A stretch of 64,000 nucleotides of DNA from Octopus vulgaris. Lineage: Eukaryota. Location: NCBI GenBank assembly GCA_951406725.2, contig OX597839.1:5270001-5334000 (forward strand). The letters are read 5' to 3'. The notes under the pieces are model-generated. The model worked only from the letters and a program-made list of their open reading frames with translations, did no database searches and was not told the DNA's origin. A program made the position numbers and the translations under genes. Below, one piece after another: positions 45,347 to 58,034 of the stretch (its first letter is position 1; every line of letters begins with the position of its first letter).

Positions 45347-45560
45347 CTTGTGTGTCTGTGTTTGTCCCGCACAACATTGCTTGACAACTGATGCTGGTGT
45401 GTTTACGTCCCCGTAACTTAGCGGTTCGGCAGGAGAAACTGATAGAATAGGTATTAGGCTTACAACGAGCAAGTCCTGGGGTCGATTTGCTCGACTAAAG
45501 TCGGTGCTCCAGCATGGCTGCAGTGAAATGAGTGAAACAAATAACAAAATAAAAGAAAAA
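45347..45560 (+). mobile_element. SINE family C 3' portion
   Basis: GTGTTTACGTCCCCGTAACTTAGCGGTTCGGC..GGTGCTCCAGCATGGC; similar at 9885-10085 and 62050-62185. Confidence 0.7.
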
Positions 45561-46019
45561 AGAATTATTATTATTATTATTATTAGTAGCAGTAGCAGTT
45601 GTAGCAGCAGCAGCAGTAGTAATAGTTGTAGACTCACCACTTCAACCAGCAGCAGAAGTATTAGGATTTGCTTTTACGTAGACCTGACGTGATTCACAAC
45701 ACTCACGTATCTAAATTAAATTTTGCGATAATTTTCGGAGATGACATTTTCAATGCTAGTTCTATCGAAGTCATTTAGATAAAAAAAAAACTGATCGGAT
45801 GTACAAAAGAACATTTCACCCATTGGGAGAAACTTACAGTTTTGAATAAAATGTCAGCGAGAAACGCCCCCTAAACAAAATCCTTCGCTACAACATGGCA
45901 AATCAAACGGATATGCAAAGAACGTGTCAAAAATATTATAAAACAAAGCGTAAACATTTTGAAACAAGGCATATTGATGTCGACGTGATTATGAAGAATT
46001 GCTTGAATATATAACAACC

Positions 46020-46195
46020 ACAGGCGCAGACATAGCTGTGTGGTAAGAAGCTTGCTTTCCAGCCGTATGGTATCTGGTTCAGTTGCACAGCGTGGCACCT
46101 TAGGCAAGTGTCTTCTACTATAGACACGGGCCAACAAAAGCTTTGTGATGCAGAGTGTGCGGAAGTCCGTCGTATATATACATACGTACATACAT
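46020..46195 (+). mobile_element. SINE family C head/body
   Basis: GGCGCAGA..GCTGTGTGGTAAGAAGCTTGCTT..GTGGCACCTTAGGCAAGTGTCTTCTACTATAG. Confidence 0.78.
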
Positions 46196-46589
46196 ACGTA
46201 TATACATACGTACATACATACATACGCACACACATACATACACACACATACATACATACACACATACATACATACATACGCACACACATACATACATACA
46301 CACATACGTACATACATACATCCCCTTACCTCTCCCATCTCCCCCCCTTACCTCCCCTCCCCCTCTTCTCCTCTCTCTACACTACACCATACGACTTTAC
46401 ACATCACATCATATATACATACACACGTCCAGACCTCTCATACGCACTAATACTCTCTCATACACACACACACTCTTCTCATACACACACACACACACTC
46501 TTATGTTTGAGTGAGGTCATTCAACCCTATTATCTCCCCTAATTTCGCTCTTGCGTCTCATGTTTGATCTTTGACTTCTGGCCGAAATC

Positions 46590-46972
46590 AGATCGCCATG
46601 TAGATTCGCTAGCTTCTGCACGCATTTTTTTTTTCTCTCCTTCTTTCTGTGTTTTTTCTCTGTGTATCTTTCTGTTGAAGAGCGTAGGCTCGAAACGTTA
46701 AAGACTTGTTTTATTTATATTTCCTGAGCGCCATACTAATACAATTGTTTGTTTGTATTCCACCTGCCTTCGTCTTTTGTTTATTTCCGTAAACCTGCCT
46801 TCGTCTTTTGTCTATTTTCATAAAGCTTCCCGTTATATATATATATTCTTTATTTTGTCTCCTTGTTTCTTTCTGTGTTCTTTCCTGTGGAAGAGCGTAG
46901 GCTCGAAACGTTAAAGTCCTTTTCACTTCCCGAGCGTTATACTAATACATCTGTTGTCTACACCACCTGTCT
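46590..46972 (+). mobile_element. Two tandem family H elements, each with a hammerhead motif
   Basis: Cores CTGTTGA at 46672 and CTGTGGA at 46885, each followed by AGAGCGTAGGCTCGAAACGTTAAAG. Confidence 0.72.
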
Positions 46973-47166
46973 TCACAAAAGAACAAATGAGATCGGTGAC
47001 AGGGTGTATTGGCGTCGTGAAGAAACCAATATTTCTTGTTCCACAGATCCGGTCGGTTTTGCTGAATGTCCGTCCCTCAAAACGTCGTCCTTCAAAAACG
47101 TCGCAGTAGAACCCTTGACGGTCTGGCTCTGGAGGACAAATACTTGATGCATAATACCACGTTTCT

Positions 47167-47390
47167 TTATTACCCACAAGGAGCTAAACATAGAGGGGAC
47201 AAGCAAGGACAGACAAAGGGATTAAGTCGATTACATCGACCCCAGTGCGTAACTGGTACTTAATTTATCAACCCCGAAAGGATGAAAGACAAAGTCGACC
47301 TCGGTGGAATTTGAACTCACAACGTAACGGCAGACGAAATACGGCTACGCATTTCGCCCGGCATGCTAACGATTCTGCCAGCTGACCGCC
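47167..47390 (-). mobile_element. Full SINE family B monomer, 23-bp TSD
   Basis: TSD TTGATGCATAATACCACGTTTCT at 47144-47166 and 47391-47413. Confidence 0.9.
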
Positions 47391-47740
47391 TTGATGCATA
47401 ATACCACGTTTCTAGGGGTTACGCTCGTCGCAGGCCTTCCAGATTGCTCATCCTCATCCAGGGACCTTCTTCAGCTTTTGAAGCGACTGTGCCACTTGTA
47501 ATATTTCATGAGATCAATTCACCGTCATGTCACTGTAAGCTTGCCGAAGCATGCCCTGTATATCTCTGTAGCAGATTTCCCAAGTTTAACGCAAAGTTTC
47601 ACGTTGGCTCTTCATCCCAACATTCTGTCCATGACAAAATCACTGACTATAGCACACAAGATCACAAAAACACAAATTTCAAAACTTGCGAAGTAAACAC
47701 AGCGATGTCACTGATAGCTCCCACTGCGCAGGCAATAATG

Positions 47741-48147
47741 GGATCTTTTCGGTTTGACCGGCAGGTTTTCTAGCGGTGTTATATGAAATCGTCACCCATA
47801 ATTATGACCCTAGTATCGATCTATTGCATTTCTATCTGTTTTAGGGTTAGGGTTAGGGGTGGGGGAAGGGTATCTTTTTTTCTTCAGAAATGTAAATAAA
47901 CCCAATCTGTTTCTTAAACGAGGGACATATTCATACGGCACAGAATGTTTTTTTTACCTCAATAGACGTCATCGATTGGTTGAAATTGCAGAAAAAAACA
48001 ACAAATATCTTACAAACTATAGAATTCTCTCAATAAAGCCAAGAGAAAAAGATGTTTTATAAACCCATTCTACCAGTATACGAAGTTTAAAATTTTTTAG
48101 TTACCTAGAAATTATGTTAAAAACTGCGGTTCAAACCGAAAAGATCC
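47741..48147 (+). mobile_element. MITE family M, complete, 8-bp TSD
   Basis: TIR GGATCTTTTCGGTTTGA.CGGCAG; TSD CAATAATG at 47733-40 and 48148-55. Confidence 0.9.
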
Positions 48148-48732
48148 CAATAATGTGCTGCCATCTGTTGGTGCGCTACAGAACCAGTCCGGGAACATTT
48201 TGATACCACTTCATATGTTCCCACTTCAAATCCCGCCGAGTTCAACTTTGCCTTTTATCCTTTAAAAATCGAATAAATAAAGTACCAGTTTAGCACTGGG
48301 GGAGGTGGGGGTCGATGTAATCGGATTATACCCCAGCTAAAATTGCTGGCCTTGTGACAAAATCCGGAGTCATTTTTGTTATCCATCCAATATGTCTTTT
48401 AATTCTCAAAACAGCAAATATCTTAAAGAAGAACTTGGCTGCTATTTCTAAGAGGGTTAAACGCTCACACAGGGATACTGCCTTGGTTATGGAGCCATCC
48501 GATTCTACTTTCTAGCAGGCAAAAGTGGTTAAGAATCTCGTTTTCTTAAGATTATCTCGTTATTTCTTATATAATCGGTATTATTTTCCGCCATAATAAT
48601 ATGTATGTCTAAAAAATCTGTCAGAATAAATTTGTATCTCTCTCCCTGAACATAATAATTCTTATACAGGCCTATTATTAATATAAACTGCAAGTTATGC
48701 ATAGATTTCAATGTATTAATAATAACATAGTA

Positions 48733-48818
<86 letters not shown>

Positions 48819-48964
48819 CACACACACACACACACATATATATATGTATATATGTATACATGTATCTATATATACATATGTACATATATATATAATATAT
48901 ATATACACATACACTTTGATCTTCCATATGTATACGTGTGTCGCGGTGTTTTTATGTGTATCTG

Positions 48965-49025
<61 letters not shown>

Positions 49026-49099
49026 ACACACACACACATATATACATATAAATATATATAAATGTAGCATGTGCATATACACACTTGTCTGTATGTATG

Positions 49100-49136
<37 letters not shown>

Positions 49137-49240
49137 AGCTATGTATCGATCTATCTATCTCTGTATATATATCTGCGTGAGTGTAAGGTGTTTTTGCTTG
49201 TGTGACGTATATTAATTATCCATATACATCTATGTATGTA

Positions 49241-49293
<53 letters not shown>

Positions 49294-49593
49294 AAACTAT
49301 CTACCCATCAACCTATCTGTATCTATGTTTGTATGTAAGTTTGTAGAAATACACATTTATACAGAATAGGACTTTTAATAAAAGAAATTTTCATTTACTA
49401 CTATTTCTGTTGAAACTATCATTAAACCATTTCGTCGTGTGGGAAACAGAATTTATTATTCCGAAGAAAAACACTTCTGTCTATGTTTTGGACTTTTATA
49501 ACTTCGCTATTCTCCTGCAAATTCTTCAATAAATATCAGTTTCATCTTCGTTTTATTCTTTTACTTTATCAACCATTTGGCTGAAGTCTTGTG

Positions 49594-50003
49594 GGATCTT
49601 TTCGGTTTGAACGGCAGTTTTTAACATAATTTCTAGGTAACTAAAATATTTTAAACTTCGTATAGTGGTAGAATGTGTTTATAAAACATCTTTTTGTCTT
49701 GGCTTTATTGAGAAAATTCTATAGTTTGCAAGATATTTGTTGTTTTTTCTCTTCAATTTCTGCAATTTCACCCAATCAATTACGTCTATTGAGGTAAAAA
49801 AACATTCTGTGCCTTATGGATATGTCCCTCGTTTAAGAAACAGATTGGGTTTATTTACATTTGTGAAGAAAAAAAGATACCCTTCCCCCACCTCTATCTA
49901 ACCCTAAAACAGATTGAAATGCAATAGATCGATACTAGGGTCATAAATATGGGTGACAATTTCATATGACACCGCTAGAAAAACTGCCGTTCAAACCGAA
50001 AAG
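49594..50003 (-). mobile_element. MITE family M
   Basis: Reverse-orientation copy; one TIR tip eroded. Confidence 0.85.
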
Positions 50004-50301
50004 TTTTGTCGATCATATCTCCCCGCAAAGTCTTATTGTTAAGATTGGTTTTTCGTTTTAACAATCTTTGTTTGACGCGCGACTTTGTTATATTACAAAA
50101 ATTGTGAGAGGTTTTTTGTTAAAGAGTGGTTAACGTAAATAGAACCATAGAGACAGTCACAAAAATACATACACATCTGCATGCACACACGCTCACACAC
50201 ACACACACGAAAATACATGCATACACACACGCAAACACATACACACACACACATATATATGTATATATGGATCGAAACGGTTTGATTCAAATTCGCTGTC
50301 A

Positions 50302-50391
50302 TTCCGAGATTTAAGCGTGAGGCTAACCTTCAGCCATTTTGAAATCAAATTCAATATGGCTGAAGATTAGGATCACGCTTGAAACTCGGGA
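50302..50391. ncRNA. Pre-miRNA-like ~90-nt imperfect hairpin
   Basis: CCGAG/CTCGG, TAAGCGTGA/TCACGCTTG, CTAA/TTAG, CTTCAGCCAT/ATGGCTGAAG and TTGAA/TTCAA, 6-nt loop at 50344-49; only symmetric mismatches. Confidence 0.4.
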
Positions 50392-50667
50392 CAGAGAAGG
50401 CAGAGGCAAAAGAGAAGAATTATTACATGAATAGTAACAGGTAGAGTGTTTGACGACCGATCATGTGAATAAAAATGGCGGGTTATGCCTAACATGACAC
50501 AAACACATATTTACGCATGATTCCCCCACCCACACACATACAGGTACTAACTTTGTGAGAGTGTCTTTGTGTGTGTACATACATACATACATGCATACAT
50601 ACACAAACACACATACATATACATGTATATATAAATGGAGTTAAACGCAGGTGTTATTCAAATTATT

Positions 50668-50760
50668 TTACTTCCGACACGTGTTTCGAAGACATCATTT
50701 GTATTATTCCAAAGGAATAAAATGGTGTAAAACAACGTAGTCTTCTCTTCAGGGAAATAA
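50668..50760 (-). ncRNA. Canonical type I hammerhead ribozyme with extended stem II
   Basis: TTATTTCC-CTGAAGA-GAAGAC...GTCTTC-GAAAC-ACGT-GTC-GGAAGTAA: 8-bp stem I, 6-bp stem II base, palindromic stem III, GUC triplet. Confidence 0.78.
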
Positions 50761-51093
50761 AGAAATAAAACTCGTTAAAAAGACATTTTAACAGAATATA
50801 ATTGATATGTATAGTGATGAACTGAACGCTATAATTTTTTTAAAAATTCGTTAGAGCGTATAACGTCAAATGTATCCTATAGAAAGACGAGGGGTAAAGG
50901 AAAGAAAAAAGCAGAAACCAAATAAATGAGAAATATAGAACGATATGTGAATTAAATAAAAGCCTAAATCTTGGAAAAATGCATCTAGTGGGTATATAAA
51001 TATATATATACAGATACATAGATAGATTGATTGAGAGATATAGACATATATACTCACACATATATATATTTATATATATACGAATATGAATAT

Positions 51094-51140
<47 letters not shown>

Positions 51141-51381
51141 CATACATATATATATTACATTATATATATGTACGCATATATACATATATATACGCATATG
51201 TATACATATATATGCATATATATTTATTCATACATTAACCGATATACATGCATATATAACAACACATATACACACATATATATATATGTATATATATTAT
51301 ACATGCGAATATACTCATTCATATACACATATGAAAATATTTATGTGTATGTATGTCTATATACATACATACGTATTGGTA

Positions 51382-51430
<49 letters not shown>

Positions 51431-51892
51431 GTATATGACAGATAACTGCATAAATGCATGCATGATGATACACGCATGTATAGTCACACCATTGAGTATA
51501 CAGAAGCGTATAAAATATAGAGACTGGAGAGGTAGGCTGTTCGGCATAAAAGATAATGCAAGAATTAATGAATGTTCCATACACTGATTGATCGATTGAT
51601 TGATACGAACGGACGTTGCAGCTGCTGCTGTTGCTGCTGCCGTTGCTGCTGCTGCTGCTGTAGTGCATGCTAGTAGCAGTTTGATTCACATATCACAGCA
51701 ACCCTAATAGCAACAACAGCAACAAAAAATAACAGTAATAACAATGGCGACGATGACGATGGCGATGGTTGCCGCTCTGAGGACGAGAACGGCGGCGCCG
51801 TCGCCTCCGACGACGACTACAGAAGCAGCCGCAACCGTAGCGTTAGATTTTCTGGGATGAATTCCTCTACAGAATCCTCTTAGAAATGGAAC

Positions 51893-52319
51893 AGATCTTT
51901 TCGGTTTGAATGGCAGTTTTTAACATAATTTCTAGGTAATTAAACAATTTTAAACTTCGTATACTGGTAGAATGTGCTTATAAAACATCTTTTTCTCTTG
52001 GCTTTATTGAGAAAATTCTGTAGTTTGTAAGATATTTTTTGTTATTTTCCTTCCGTTTCTGCAATTTCAACCAATCAGTGACGTCTATTGAAGTAAAAAA
52101 CATTCTGTGCCGTAGGAATATGAACCTCGTTTAAGAAACAGATTGGGTTTATTTACATTTTTGAAGAAAAAAATATACCCTTCCCCCACCCCTAACCCTA
52201 ACCCTAACTAACCTTAAAACAGATGAAAATGCAATAGATCGATACTAGGGTCATAATTATGGGTGACAATTTCATATGACACCGCTAGAAAAAAACTGCC
52301 GTTCAAACCGAAAAGATCC
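51893..52319 (-). mobile_element. MITE family M, complete, 8-bp TSD
   Basis: TSD AATGGAAC at 51885-92 and 52320-27; internal (CCCTAA)n. Confidence 0.9.
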
Positions 52320-52466
52320 AATGGAACCTGGCAGAAGTTTAACTAGATACCTGGTAATTTTTCAAACTGTAAATTTTTGTGCTTGGATCTATGAAGAAGG
52401 CCTACATGCTAGATATAACAACGAGATTACATTCAAATCACTCCTCTATAATTTTTTGAATATTCC

Positions 52467-52809
52467 GGCGGAGACCCCCTTCGGTCATGACTAACCATGG
52501 GATTGCAACTAGGAAGTTACCCTCCCAGGCACAAGTCCGGGCAAGGTTATTTTATTGAAGACCAGCAGTCGCCCATGCATACCGGCCTCCTCTCTCCATG
52601 CCACCAGTGTTATCCAAGGGAAAGGCAAAGGGGCCGATACAGCTTGGCACCTGTGACGTCACAACTCATTTCTACAGCTGTGTGAACTGGAGCAACGTGA
52701 AATAAAGTGTCTTGCTCAAGAACACAACACGCAGCCCGGTCCGGGATTCGAACTCACAACCTCTCGATCGTGAGCTCGATGCTCTAACCACTGAGCCATG
52801 CGCCTTCAC
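52467..52809 (-). mobile_element. tRNA-derived SINE family D (CORE-like central region)
   Basis: Minus strand GGCGCATGGCTCAGTGGTTAGAGC (A-box), GAGTTCGAATCCC (B-box), then GTGTTCTTGAGCAAGACACTT. Confidence 0.82.
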
Positions 52810-52865
52810 AATTTTTAGAATAATATATGATATTAATGGTAAACTTGTTTAGGTTGCCAGATATA

Positions 52866-53093
52866 TTTCTTTACTACCTACAAGGGGCTAAACACAGGGG
52901 GGACAAACAAGGACAGACAAAGGGATTAAGTCGATTACATCGACCCAAGTGCGTAACTGGTACTTAATTTATCGACCCCGAAAGGATGAAAAGCAAAGTC
53001 GACCTCAGCAGAATTTGAACTCGGAACGTAACGACAGACGAAATAGGGTTACGCATTTCGCCCGGCGTGCTAACGATTCTGCCAGCTCGCCGC
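52866..53093 (-). mobile_element. SINE family B monomer
   Basis: Full head GGCGGCGAGCTGGCAGAATCG through tail GTAGTAAAGAAAT. Confidence 0.88.
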
Positions 53094-53204
53094 CAGATAA
53101 TTACTCAAACTGTGAACGCTTGTACGTGAATGCATGTGGATGCCTGACATGCTAGATATAACAGTCAATTTACGTTCAAATTACTTCTCTATAATTTTTA
53201 GAAC

Positions 53205-53209
53205 ATCAC

Positions 53210-53304
<95 letters not shown>

Positions 53305-53870
53305 CCATCACCACCATCATCATCATCATCATCATCATCAGCATCACCATCACAACCATCAGCATCATCATCATCACCATCAATCCATCATCATCACCAT
53401 CATCAACATCATCTACATCATCAATATCATCACCATCATGAACATCACCATCGACACCACTATCATGAACATCATCATCCTTACCATCATCATCATCATC
53501 ATCATCATCATCACCATAACCACCATCCATCAACACCACCATCATGAACATCACCATCATCATCTCCATCATCATCATCATCACCATCACTACCACCACC
53601 ATCATCATCATCATCATCATCATCACCATCAATCCATTATCACCACCATCATCATCATCATCATCATCATCACCATCATCATCATCACCACCATCATCAT
53701 CACCATCATCATCACCATCATTATCACCATCATCATCATCATCGTCGTCACTGTTGTCATCCTCATCACCACCACCACCAGCAACACTACCACCACCACC
53801 AGCAACACTACCACCACCACCATCATCACTCTCCTGACCATCATCATCATCATCCTCATCATCATCCCCT
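53205..53870. repeat. (CAT/CAC)n tract; similar tracts at 55220-55800 and 56224-56740
   Basis: Directly visible. Confidence 0.95.
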
Positions 53871-54370
53871 TTGTGGTCCTCCTCCCTCCCTCCCTCTCTC
53901 TATCTGGTTATCTTTATCGAGATCGCCGTCATCATGCAATTCCCCCATCCGCATCACCACTACCACCACCACCACCACCAACACCACCACCACCGTAATC
54001 GTCAAACAAATCTGATAACATCTATACAACCACCACCACCACCACCACCACCGACACCACCAGTAGCAGCACCAGCAGCATTAACAGCAGCAGCACCAGC
54101 ACCAGCAGCAGTCGCAGCAAAAAGAAATAAGACAGCTGCAAGAGCAGCTGACAAATGCTGATGCTCTAAGGTAGTTTCAACCGAAGCAGCAGCAGCAGCA
54201 GCAGTAGCAGCAGCAGCGGTAGCAGCAGCAGCGGCAGCAGCAGCAGTAGTAGTAGTTGTCGTAGTAGTATTTGGGTGGTAGTGGTGGTGGTAGTGTTTGT
54301 GTTTGTGGAGGTTGTAGTGATGATGCCTGTAGTAGTGGCAGTGGTGGTCTTAGTTGTGGTGGAGCTGGTT

Positions 54371-54402
<32 letters not shown>

Positions 54403-54663
54403 TTTTTTGTTGTGGTGGTGGTGGTGGTGGTTGTGGTGGAGACGGTTGTAGTAATAGCATTATTATTATTATTATCATTAGTAGTAGTAGCAGTAATAGC
54501 AGTATTAGTAGTGGCAGTAGCAGCAACCACAGCACCAGCAGCAGTAGTAGTAGTAATAATAGTACTAGTAATAGTGGTAGTAGTAGTAGCAGCAGCAGCA
54601 GCCATAGAGGTAGTAGTAGTAGTAATTTTGGTGGTGGTGGTGGTGGTAGTAGCAGCAGCAGTT

Positions 54664-54714
<51 letters not shown>

Positions 54715-54736
54715 TAGTGGTAGTAGTAGTATAGTG

Positions 54737-54769
<33 letters not shown>

Positions 54770-54795
54770 AAGGCCCTACAGTTACTCTTGCTTAC

Positions 54796-54874
54796 AGAAG
54801 GAACAACAATAAACAAAAATAACGGCAAAAAGATACAAAAGAAATAATGAACTGCGATTCAACAATGACGACAT
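54796..54874 (-). CDS. Candidate signal-peptide exon (MSSLLNRSSLFLLYLFAVIFVYCCSF, phase 1)
   Basis: ATG at 54874, basic residue followed by a hydrophobic core, strong donor T|GTAAGC after 54796; candidate acceptor CTGTTTCTGTTCTTCAG before 55194. Confidence 0.35.
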
Positions 54875-55658
54875 GATAACAGCAACAACAACAACAACAA
54901 CAGGTAAAACAGCAGCAGCAGCGACAACAACAATAACAGAGTCCATAAGTCAATGAGGAAGTGTCTATGCAGTCATTGGGTATGCTAGACATAGCAGCGA
55001 AATTTGACTGGAATGAAGCCTTATTCGTGTTAAGGTAACGAGAAGTATTCGTCGGAATGTATATGGTGTTGGGGGTTCTGTGTACAGACAGATAAACGAT
55101 TTTATGGTAACTGGCACGGATGGATCGCCTTGTTTGTTTTAGGTGATAGTCGGTCACGGCTGACTTCAGGCTAATGATAACATTATGAGCTGAGCTGAAG
55201 AACAGAAACAGTAGTATCTTGATCATCATCATCACCGCCATCATCATCATCATCATCATCATCATCGTCGTCGTCGTCGTTGTCATCACCATCATCATCG
55301 TTTTCGTCGTCATCATCATCATTATCACCGCCATCATCATCATCATCGTCGTCGTCATCACCATCATCATCGTTTTCATCGTCGTCGTCTTCATCATCAT
55401 CGTCGTCGTCGTCGTCGTCATCATCACCATCATCATCCTTTTCGTCGTCATCATCACCATCATCATCACCACCACCATCATCATCATCATCATCATCATT
55501 ATCATCATCACCATCATCATCGTTTTCATCGTCGTCGTCGTCGTCATCGTCCACCTCATCATCGTCATCATCACCATCATCATCCTTTTCGTCGTCATCA
55601 TCACCATCATCATCACCACTACCATCATCATCATCATCATTATCATCATCCTCATCAA

Positions 55659-55770
<112 letters not shown>

Positions 55771-55885
55771 GGCATCATCATCAACGCCGTCGGCGTCATC
55801 AACATCACCAGCAAACATCCCCATCGTCGTCGTCGTCATCGTCATCGTAATCATCATCAAGAATAACAACAATCGCAACAACAAC

Positions 55886-55936
<51 letters not shown>

Positions 55937-56294
55937 ACCAACATCGGTAGCTTTGGAGTAGTAGCTGTGAGAGCAGGAAAATAGAACGGCAGCAGCAGCA
56001 ACAGCAGCAGCAATAGCAGTAGCAGCAGCAACAAAAAACAACAATACCAACAGCAACAACAACATTCTACAACAACAACTGCAACAACAAGACTGGCAGC
56101 GACAACAGCAGGAACCGTAGCAGCGCCCAAAGCAGTTGGATGTGACAATTTCTTTACGCATTTTTCTGCTGCCGCGTTTTTGTTCGGTTACAATGGCTGC
56201 TGCTGCTGCTAGTGATCAAAAATATCATCATCATCATCATCATCGCCATCACTGTCGTCGTCGTCGTCGTCATCCTCACCATCGTCACCACCAC

Positions 56295-56345
<51 letters not shown>

Positions 56346-56456
56346 TATTAACACCATCACCATCATCATTAACACCATCACCATCACTATCGTCAACATC
56401 ATCATCATCAGCAGCATCATCAACATCATCATCAACATCATCATCATCATCATCAA

Positions 56457-56487
<31 letters not shown>

Positions 56488-56605
56488 GTCATTAACATCA
56501 TCACCATCACCATCATCATCGTTATCATCATCCCCATCATCATCATCACTACAATCACCACCACAATCATCATCATCATCATCATCATTATCATTAACAT
56601 CATAG

Positions 56606-56645
<40 letters not shown>

Positions 56646-56779
56646 TAACACCATCACCATCATTATCATCAACATCATCATCAGCATCATCATCGTTATC
56701 ATCATCCCCATCATCAGCCCCATCATCATCACTACAATAATAATAAGAACATGTTAAAAACTCTTATTATTATCAAAGA

Positions 56780-56834
<55 letters not shown>

Positions 56835-57007
56835 AATATTTTGTGACAACCAGTACCTAACACAAACAAGCTTTTACATTTTACTTTTGACAATCTTTTT
56901 CTAAAAAAGTGAAACCAGTCAAGTAAATAAACATCTTTTAAAATTGCATTTTCAAACCTTCTTTCATATATAATTCCACTCGTGCGGTATCTTACAACTT
57001 CACTTTG

Positions 57008-57060
<53 letters not shown>

Positions 57061-57093
57061 ATTTGATTAAGCACCATGCATCCATTTCCAACC

Positions 57094-57131
<38 letters not shown>

Positions 57132-57663
57132 TTTGTGTGTGTAGAAAGCCCGCAGTATACATAGGAAACTCACCGTGCACGCAAGAGCGGACACAAGCAC
57201 ACAGAGACACACAAACACACGACGAACTTCCTCACAGTTTCCGGCTATCAAATCCAATCACAGGCATTGATCGGCTTTGGGCTATAAAAGAAATTACTTG
57301 CCGAAATTGCCGCGCAGTAGTAGGATTGAACCCAAAGCCTTACGGTTGCGAAACTACCTGCTTAACCACAAAGTCTATGACTCCAATAATAGGCATAAAT
57401 CAGGGAGCATAGTTTCATAACACGACCCCTTTTCAGTTCGGTAAATAATCCTTCAAAATCTACTTAAGAGTTGAAGAGTCTGTAAGCATGTTGCTTCCCT
57501 ATAAGCTAATTGTTGCTAATTTAGGTCGTTGCTAATTTCCTCTGAATTTCGATTTTACTTCGTCATTAAATCTCAAGACGAGAATCCAATTTTCAATTAA
57601 AATATTGATTTATTGCATCCTTATAATAATCGCTGACTTTGTAATAATAATAATAATAATAAT

Positions 57664-58034
57664 ACAGAGTATCTCAACAGGCATGATAGAGCTGCACAAT
57701 ATATTCACTGGGTAATTTGCAGAAGCCTGGACTTGCCCCATGATAAAATCTGGTGGGAACACAAACCACCTCCAGTGCTTGAAAATGACCACATCTCACT
57801 ACTCTGAAACTTCACCATTCAAACTGACAGAAAGGCCAAACATCATAGTAAAAGACTTCAGACAAAAAAACATGCCTTTTCATTGATATGACTGTCCCAA
57901 TCGATATAAACGTATCTGTTAAGACCTACTAGAAACTGAGGAAATATAAAGATCAGGAAATAGAAATCAGCAAAATGTGGAACTTGCAGACTAAAACAAT
58001 ACCTGTTGTCATAAATGCCCTGGGAATGATAGCA
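57664..58034 (+). pseudogene. R4/Dong-type non-LTR retrotransposon restriction-like endonuclease fragment
   Basis: EYLNRHDRAAQYIHW..WWEHKP..IQTDRK/RPNIIVKD..IDMTVP..KLRKYKD.EIEISKMW..TIPVVINALG (RHD, PD..D and K..KY motifs); stops and a frameshift; left junction in (TAA)n. Confidence 0.85.

Larger units (their letters stand above)
46973..48215 (-). mobile_element. Deleted mariner-type DNA transposon with nested SINE and MITE
   Basis: TIR-like TATGAAGTGGTATCAAAATGTTCCCGGACT near 48215; N-terminal MDRML.*RANVKLCVKLGKSATE near 47630; GIMHQVFVLQSQTV (GIVH.EF.P.GQTVN-like) near 47150. Confidence 0.75.

Noticed and set aside
51740-51885. GC-rich stretch resembling a coding exon
   Set aside because: The plus-strand frames examined are short, there are no convincing splice sites, and it looks derived from degenerate triplet repeats
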